A stretch of DNA of 63,417 nt, the filler included, from Saprolegnia diclina VS20 (lineage: Eukaryota): NCBI RefSeq assembly GCF_000281045.1. It is 4 parts of 2 records of this genome, joined end to end, with 100 filler letters (N's around TTAATTAATTAA, not from the genome) between each part and the next. Parts side by side here need not be neighbours in the genome. Positions count along the whole stretch, not along the records: positions 57,522 to 60,903 come from NW_008246167.1; positions 61,004 to 63,417 come from NW_008246167.1; 2 more parts are not named here. One strand, given 5' to 3'. Below are positions 58,019-63,417 of this stretch, piece after piece. Under the pieces are notes generated by a model that ran no database searches, had not been told where the DNA came from, and worked only from the letters and a program-made list of their open reading frames with translations. Numbering within the stretch: the stretch's first letter is position 1; the number at the start of each line of letters is the position of its first letter. The position numbers were made by a program, and so were the translations under genes.

Positions 58019-60637
58019 ATGGCACCAGCTGCAAACGAACCAACGCCCTCGCGCGACGTCATCACCGACTTCGAGTTCAACGCGGCCTTGAACTACTGCG
58101 TCCTCAGCTACGAGACGCGCAAGACCGGCGAGACCTACGACGCGTTCAAGACCAGTGTCACCAACAAGCACGCGACCATGGTGAGCAACCTCGGCGTGAA
58201 AACCGACCAGCCGCCGTACATTGAGTTTGACGACGACAAGATCCGCTGCATCGTCGCCAATATCGGCACCGTCGTCTACATCTGCGTCACCGGCTCGTGC
58301 ACGGCCTACGACCACGTGACCAACTGTGCGGTCGCCGGCACCCGCATTGTCCAGGGCCAGGAAGGCGACGCGCCGGCCGGCTTCAACATCGAGGCGCGCG
58401 AGCTCGGGATTGGACGTCTCGCGCGCGAGATCTTGCGCGACGACGACGTTGAAAAGGTAATTCTTTGCGGTCACAGCCGAGGCGGGGCCGTCGCCCACGT
58501 CGCACACTACAGCCTCCTCCTCAACCCCAACTACGACAACTTTCCAAAGCACAAGGTTACGTCCGTCGCGTTCGGGTCGACGCCGTTCCTCAAGAGCCAA
58601 AAGCCTCTCGTGGCCGGCGACCGCTTCCTCACGTACTACACCGACACGGACATTGTCCCCGCTCTCTTCTCGTCGGCCACCGCGATCGCCGACCGCGTCC
58701 AGGAAATGAACGCCACGCTGGTGCAGCTCTTGCAGTGGTCGACCGGCATCGACGTCCAAAACGTGCGGGCGACAGCGGCGGAGCACGCCAACCTCGTCCT
58801 CTCCGAGTACCTCTACTTTGGCAACTGGATCCACCTCCGCGCAAACGAGAAGGATACGACGGCAGAAGAGCACACGGACGCCGTTGCGCACTTTCAAGGC
58901 GACGGGTTCAAGGCCGGCCTCGGCGCCATGACGTCGATCGAGTCGATGAAGGAGGCGCACGGCATCGAGACGGCGTACAAGCGCTTCCTCAAGCCTCGCA
59001 CAGTAGCACCAACCATCGACGCAGCCAAGACGCAGCATGTCGCCCAGGTCATGTTTCGCGCCGCGCTCGCCTGCTTGGTGTCGCCCGAGATGTCGCAAGA
59101 CGCGCTGCCGTTGCGTCTCAACCGCGCCATCATGGCTGCCATCGTGCTGCAGAGCTTTGGTGACCCGAGTATCTTAAAGATCCTTGAGGCGTTCGGTGAT
59201 GCGACGGAGGCCTACCTCCTCGTTCGCCGCTTCCTTGAACGAAAGGACAAGTCGACGACCGATGAGATGGTCGAGAAGGCGGTGAAGGTCGATATGCAGC
59301 CGTGGCGCGACCTCATGGACCGCATCCGCGCCATCGAGCCGGCGGACGCGTCTGCGACCAACGTCGATGCCTTGCACACGTTCAATGAGACCAACATTGG
59401 GTCGGACCTCTCGGGCCTCATTCTCCGCACGATCAACTTGCTGGCTGAATGCTTCGTCACTGGTGAAGCCGATGGCTTGACTAAGGGGATGCTCCTCTTC
59501 GGTGCATTGGCCATTGGAGCAGCAGTGGTGTCCGGTGCCGGCCTCGTCACTGGTGTCGCAGCGATTGCCCAAGCTGGCTGGTCGCTCGGTTCCGTCAGTG
59601 CTATGATGTCGCTCACCGGCGCCTCGCTTTTTGAAGTAGCAATGTACGGCGGAGTCGGCGCATTGTTTGTCTCCAAGGCCGATGCCATTGGCCAGCACTG
59701 CGGTGATCTGGCCGACCTGGTCAACCACGCCAAGGCCGAGAACTTCCGCGCCGCCTCCAGCGCTTACTCGGTCCATCTGAAGAAGTTGGCATCCGACGTC
59801 GAGCTGAAACAAGAAAGTCGCGCTACGAGCACACGGCTCTTGGAGAAGCAGCTAGCGGCACACCAACTGCCGGATGACCTCCCGCTAAAGCATCGTCTGC
59901 TATTGCGTGCTTTTGCCGCCGTGCTGCAGACGCTTATCGACCTCGAGGAATCGTGCAAGGGCCTCGTCTTCATCGTGCTCAACGGCAACCAAGGCGTCGG
60001 CAAGTCGTGGTTCATTCGCGAACTCAACGACGCCAAGCAAGACGCCCGCAAGTCCACGACAGACCCAATCTTCTTGCGCTACGCACCAATGGCGGACGAC
60101 CCCACGCGCAAAGTCTACCTCGTCGACATGCCCGGCAACAACTCGCTGAGCGAGCGTCAAGTCCGGTACACGTCCGAGCTCCACGGCGTCGGCAGCATCG
60201 GCATTAGTCTCGTCCTCTTTGACGAGAAGCCACCTCTTTTGCCGGCGACAGACATTCGCAACACGTTCAACGGCTGCGACAGCGTCCTCGTCTGTCTCAA
60301 CAAGGTCGTCAGTTCGGGAATTGACCTCCCGACCGAAGTTGAGGCTGGTGCACCTCTCGTGATCCCGGCCATTGTCAACGCGTGGCGCACCCAGTTTGAG
60401 CAAGACGGCATCTCGTTCTCGGGTACGCACACCAAGTACCACCTCATGGCGACCGAGATGCACGGTGCGAGCAAAGCCGAGTCGGCGACGATGACGGAGC
60501 GTCAGCGCTCGCGTTTGAAGGAAGAGATTGAAGAGAACATCGACGCTGTTCGCGTCAACGGTGGTCAGACCAAAGACGACGTGGTCGAGTGGATCCGCCA
60601 GCGGGTCGACGACATCATCGCAGCCCGCTCCGCGTAG
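58019..60637 (+). CDS. Lipase class 3 domain + Gly/Ala-rich hydrophobic segment + P-loop GTPase-like domain fusion
   Basis: Intronless. Lipase motifs VILCGHSRGGAVA, AFGSTP, DIVP, EAHGI. GTPase motifs GNQGVGKS, DMPG, CLNK. INR/FPR-like TCATTTTCATTTTGC upstream of the ATG. Confidence 0.85.
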   Translation: MAPAANEPTPSRDVITDFEFNAALNYCVLSYETRKTGETYDAFKTSVTNKHATMVSNLGVKTDQPPYIEFDDDKIRCIVANIGTVVYICVTGSCTAYDHVTNCAVAGTRIVQGQEGDAPAGFNIEARELGIGRLAREILRDDDVEKVILCGHSRGGAVAHVAHYSLLLNPNYDNFPKHKVTSVAFGSTPFLKSQKPLVAGDRFLTYYTDTDIVPALFSSATAIADRVQEMNATLVQLLQWSTGIDVQNVRATAAEHANLVLSEYLYFGNWIHLRANEKDTTAEEHTDAVAHFQGDGFKAGLGAMTSIESMKEAHGIETAYKRFLKPRTVAPTIDAAKTQHVAQVMFRAALACLVSPEMSQDALPLRLNRAIMAAIVLQSFGDPSILKILEAFGDATEAYLLVRRFLERKDKSTTDEMVEKAVKVDMQPWRDLMDRIRAIEPADASATNVDALHTFNETNIGSDLSGLILRTINLLAECFVTGEADGLTKGMLLFGALAIGAAVVSGAGLVTGVAAIAQAGWSLGSVSAMMSLTGASLFEVAMYGGVGALFVSKADAIGQHCGDLADLVNHAKAENFRAASSAYSVHLKKLASDVELKQESRATSTRLLEKQLAAHQLPDDLPLKHRLLLRAFAAVLQTLIDLEESCKGLVFIVLNGNQGVGKSWFIRELNDAKQDARKSTTDPIFLRYAPMADDPTRKVYLVDMPGNNSLSERQVRYTSELHGVGSIGISLVLFDEKPPLLPATDIRNTFNGCDSVLVCLNKVVSSGIDLPTEVEAGAPLVIPAIVNAWRTQFEQDGISFSGTHTKYHLMATEMHGASKAESATMTERQRSRLKEEIEENIDAVRVNGGQTKDDVVEWIRQRVDDIIAARSA

Positions 60638-60903
60638 ACAAAATTGTTTCTACTTTATATATGTTATGCCGTCGAGTTGGAATGACAGTGTTAAGTTCTG
60701 TTTGTTGACTGTCGGTATACGATAGGGTGCGTATGGGACAACCTTTGTTTCCATGTGTTTCTTGAATGCGACAGCTTCTCCTCCGTTGTCTGCCAAGACT
60801 TATTCGCGCCTCTGACACATTGATACTTGGTTGCAGACAATTGTGTACTCACTTTAAAATAAACTACGCGTCCGAGGTTTCTTCGCCCATGTCGTCTTGC
60901 TCG

Positions 60904-61003
60904 NNNNNNNNNNNNNNNNNNNNNNNNNNNNNNNNNNNNNNNNNNNNTTAATTAATTAANNNNNNNNNNNNNNNNNNNNNNNNNNNNNNNNNNNNNNNNN
61001 NNN
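60904..61003. other. Contig join (N44-TTAATTAATTAA-N44)
   Basis: Linker at 60948-60959. Confidence 0.98.
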
Positions 61004-63417
61004 ACTGAGAACGGGTGCAAGTACCTCTACGCTGCGTTCCAAGGGGCTTTGGAGCTCTGGGGGCCGCAGCACGACCGGCCTTGGACAGCATTCGCCGCGT
61101 GGTGCTATTTCTCTGCGGGGCACCACCGCTTCGATGAGCGCGGTGAGGCGCGAAAGCTCGTGGCTGGCATTTCGGAGATGCCAAGAGCAATTGGCGATTG
61201 GCCAGGTCGCGTGTGTGCCGCGTGTGCGTGCTGCATCGCTGGCCCCGCGTACGGTACGACCTCGGATGTGGCGTGGACGTATCTACGCTGTGGACCGTGC
61301 GTCACCACTGCTGCGCTTGGTGTGGCGTCGACGATGCATCTGCCGCCGCGCAGCGTCAGCTCTATCGTGTCCGTCGCCTTGTAGCACGTCATAGGTCATT
61401 TTTGTGGCGATTGCAAAATTTCAGTTTACTATATGTCGCCTCGATGCGTTGACCAGTTGATTGATGGCTTGTCGACTGGGGTCCAAAGAACAGCACTACG
61501 AAAAAGGCGTATCTCCTTTGCAGCAGTATCCGCCGTTGGTATGGTGTCGGAGGGATTTCATCGCCAGGATGTGGCTGCTCGTACGTGGTGGTGAGATGCG
61601 GCACCGTCGCGGACATCACTTTGCCACGACCCAGCAGACGCTCGTGAGTCTCTTGCGTTTGCTGCCGTGGACTGCGTTTGTCGTGTGGAGCTTCTTCTCA
61701 TCCCAAGACCAAGGGCGTCACGAGCCCAGCCGATTGCAAAAGCTGCGGGACGGCGTGGCCCGGATGCCAGCAACCATGCCGGACTGGCCCGGCACGGTGT
61801 GCGCGTGGCCTCGATCTAAGATGAGACGGGAGAGGTGGAGCTCTTGCCTCGAAAGCGTTGCTGCGACGGCGAGGGGGAGCGGAGAAATGTGCCACCTTGT
61901 TGAACAACTTTTAGAGTGCTCCGATGGAAATGATCGTGTAGATTGGATGGAGTGAGCACGGGTGCTCTGTCATGCTAGGGACTGCGATAGCTTTGGTAAA
62001 CCCTCTGTTGTACTGCCTTCCTTGGGAGCTGATGGAGGCCGCAGTTGTTGTCCCTTTGAGAAGAAACACCCACTGGTGTGTTTCAGGTGACCCCATGCGA
62101 GCTAGTGCGGCGTCAAAGTTAGGAGCCCTAGCCCTCGGCCGTCTTGGCAGCCAACATGAGATGTACGACAACGAATCGACGCCCTGCTTCGAGGACGTGT
62201 CAAGGATGTCAAGTGTTGCCAACCAAAGAAAGGATTGGGGAGTATGAGTGGGCTCTCGAAGGGGGTATACTACGCTCGGTGTGTTTCAATCTGGGCTCAA
62301 ACTCAAAGCGTTGCCGTTGACCTAGAATGGACTGTCAAACCACTGTACCAGAGCACAGAGCTGCGTGCCCAAGCATACCTTTTGGACGAGCATACCTTTT
62401 GGACGAGTTTTTGATCGTGCGTAGTGAGAGTGTGCCTCGGAATGCCTCGGACACGGATATGATTGCCGCGTTGGTGACAACTCTCTCCGAGTTGGTGGTT
62501 CTCACGTCGATTGCGCTAGAGTAGAGTCCCCGTCCCTGCATACCTCGAAGCCCGGGCTGTGTCCAAGCGCGGCGGTGCGACCTTGTCTTTGTGATGGTGC
62601 GAAGCGGTCTATCGTCGTGTCTTGCCCGCTGCTGTTGTAGCTGTATATATATCTCCATATTTACAGAAACATTAACCATTTCCGAAAATACAAAACGAAA
62701 CGGGTCGCGTAAAAGCCAAGCGTCCTTCTTAGGCAACATGTTGGTATATGCGCTGGCCGCTGCAGCCGAACCAGCGTAGCGACGCTTGAAGTATGACTCT
62801 GGAACGAAATTGGACCAAAATGAACAGCAATGTTGCCAATATCGAGGAGCTCGCACTCCAAGTGCCAGCGCCATTTGGAACTCGATTCAAAGTTGATACT
62901 AGAGCTTCCGAAGCAACATGTCACACGATCGAACGAGTCTGATGTGGAATGCATGTAGGGAGTGCCAAACCCAGAGGAATACAGTAGGTTTGCAGTATTT
63001 TATAATCGAGGCAAGTATAGCTCTGTCTCTCTCGTCGTCAACGCGTTGCAGCGAGTACATGTCCTGCGGACCAAACAGTGCTTAGATGTTAGCTCGACAT
63101 ACAGTGGGCGAATGTGGCGAGTAGCTACAGCTAGCGATTGAGAACAGTTGCATGGCAGTGCGAATGCAAGTGAGGAAGAATGGGCTTCGACAGTAGCACC
63201 CAGCGCGTCGTGTCTGCTGCGCTGAGAGGAGCAAGCAAAATAACTTTATTTGGGCCGAGATACTGCACGTGCGTAGCCGGACTTTGGAAGGGTGGCAGCC
63301 ATAGCGAGCACCGATGCTGGTTTGGACATGGTCTGATCTACCAAAAAGTATCAACCGAGGGACCAATGAGCTTCTTTGGAGAGCATCTAGTACCGGGATG
63401 AATGATGGGGCGAAGAA

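Overview
Eukaryotic, GC-rich genomic scaffold, most likely an oomycete of the Saprolegniales type. This is inferred from ~40-60 nt GT-AG introns, oomycete INR/FPR core-promoter motifs and the gene families present. There are four assembly gaps; three are 100-nt joins carrying an artificial TTAATTAATTAA six-frame-stop linker, so gene order across them is not guaranteed. The first 17 kb is an array of six intronless paralogs, each with seven C-x4-C-x9-C-x2-H ('WRKY19-like' GGG) zinc fingers, a shared N-terminal [DE]PIPF motif and its own INR/FPR-like promoter. The gene-dense region that follows contains: an Aurora kinase; a VLCFA 3-ketoacyl-CoA reductase; a candidate Nsl1/Mis14 whose stop codon overlaps that of CstF77; two or three degenerate 2OG-Fe(II) oxygenase-like paralogs; a multi-TM protein with PHTF/DUF3537-like (7TMIC chemoreceptor-fold) motifs; two CorA/MRS2 Mg transporters; a BRI3-like gene; a large TAF1A/Rrn11-like gene sharing a CCAAT-rich bidirectional promoter with an OB-fold+THUMP methyltransferase; an atypical bZIP; an ODA-docking-complex-like coiled-coil gene; and an intronless lipase-3 / hydrophobic segment / P-loop GTPase fusion. 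All gene models and family calls come from reading motifs by eye; no searches were run.
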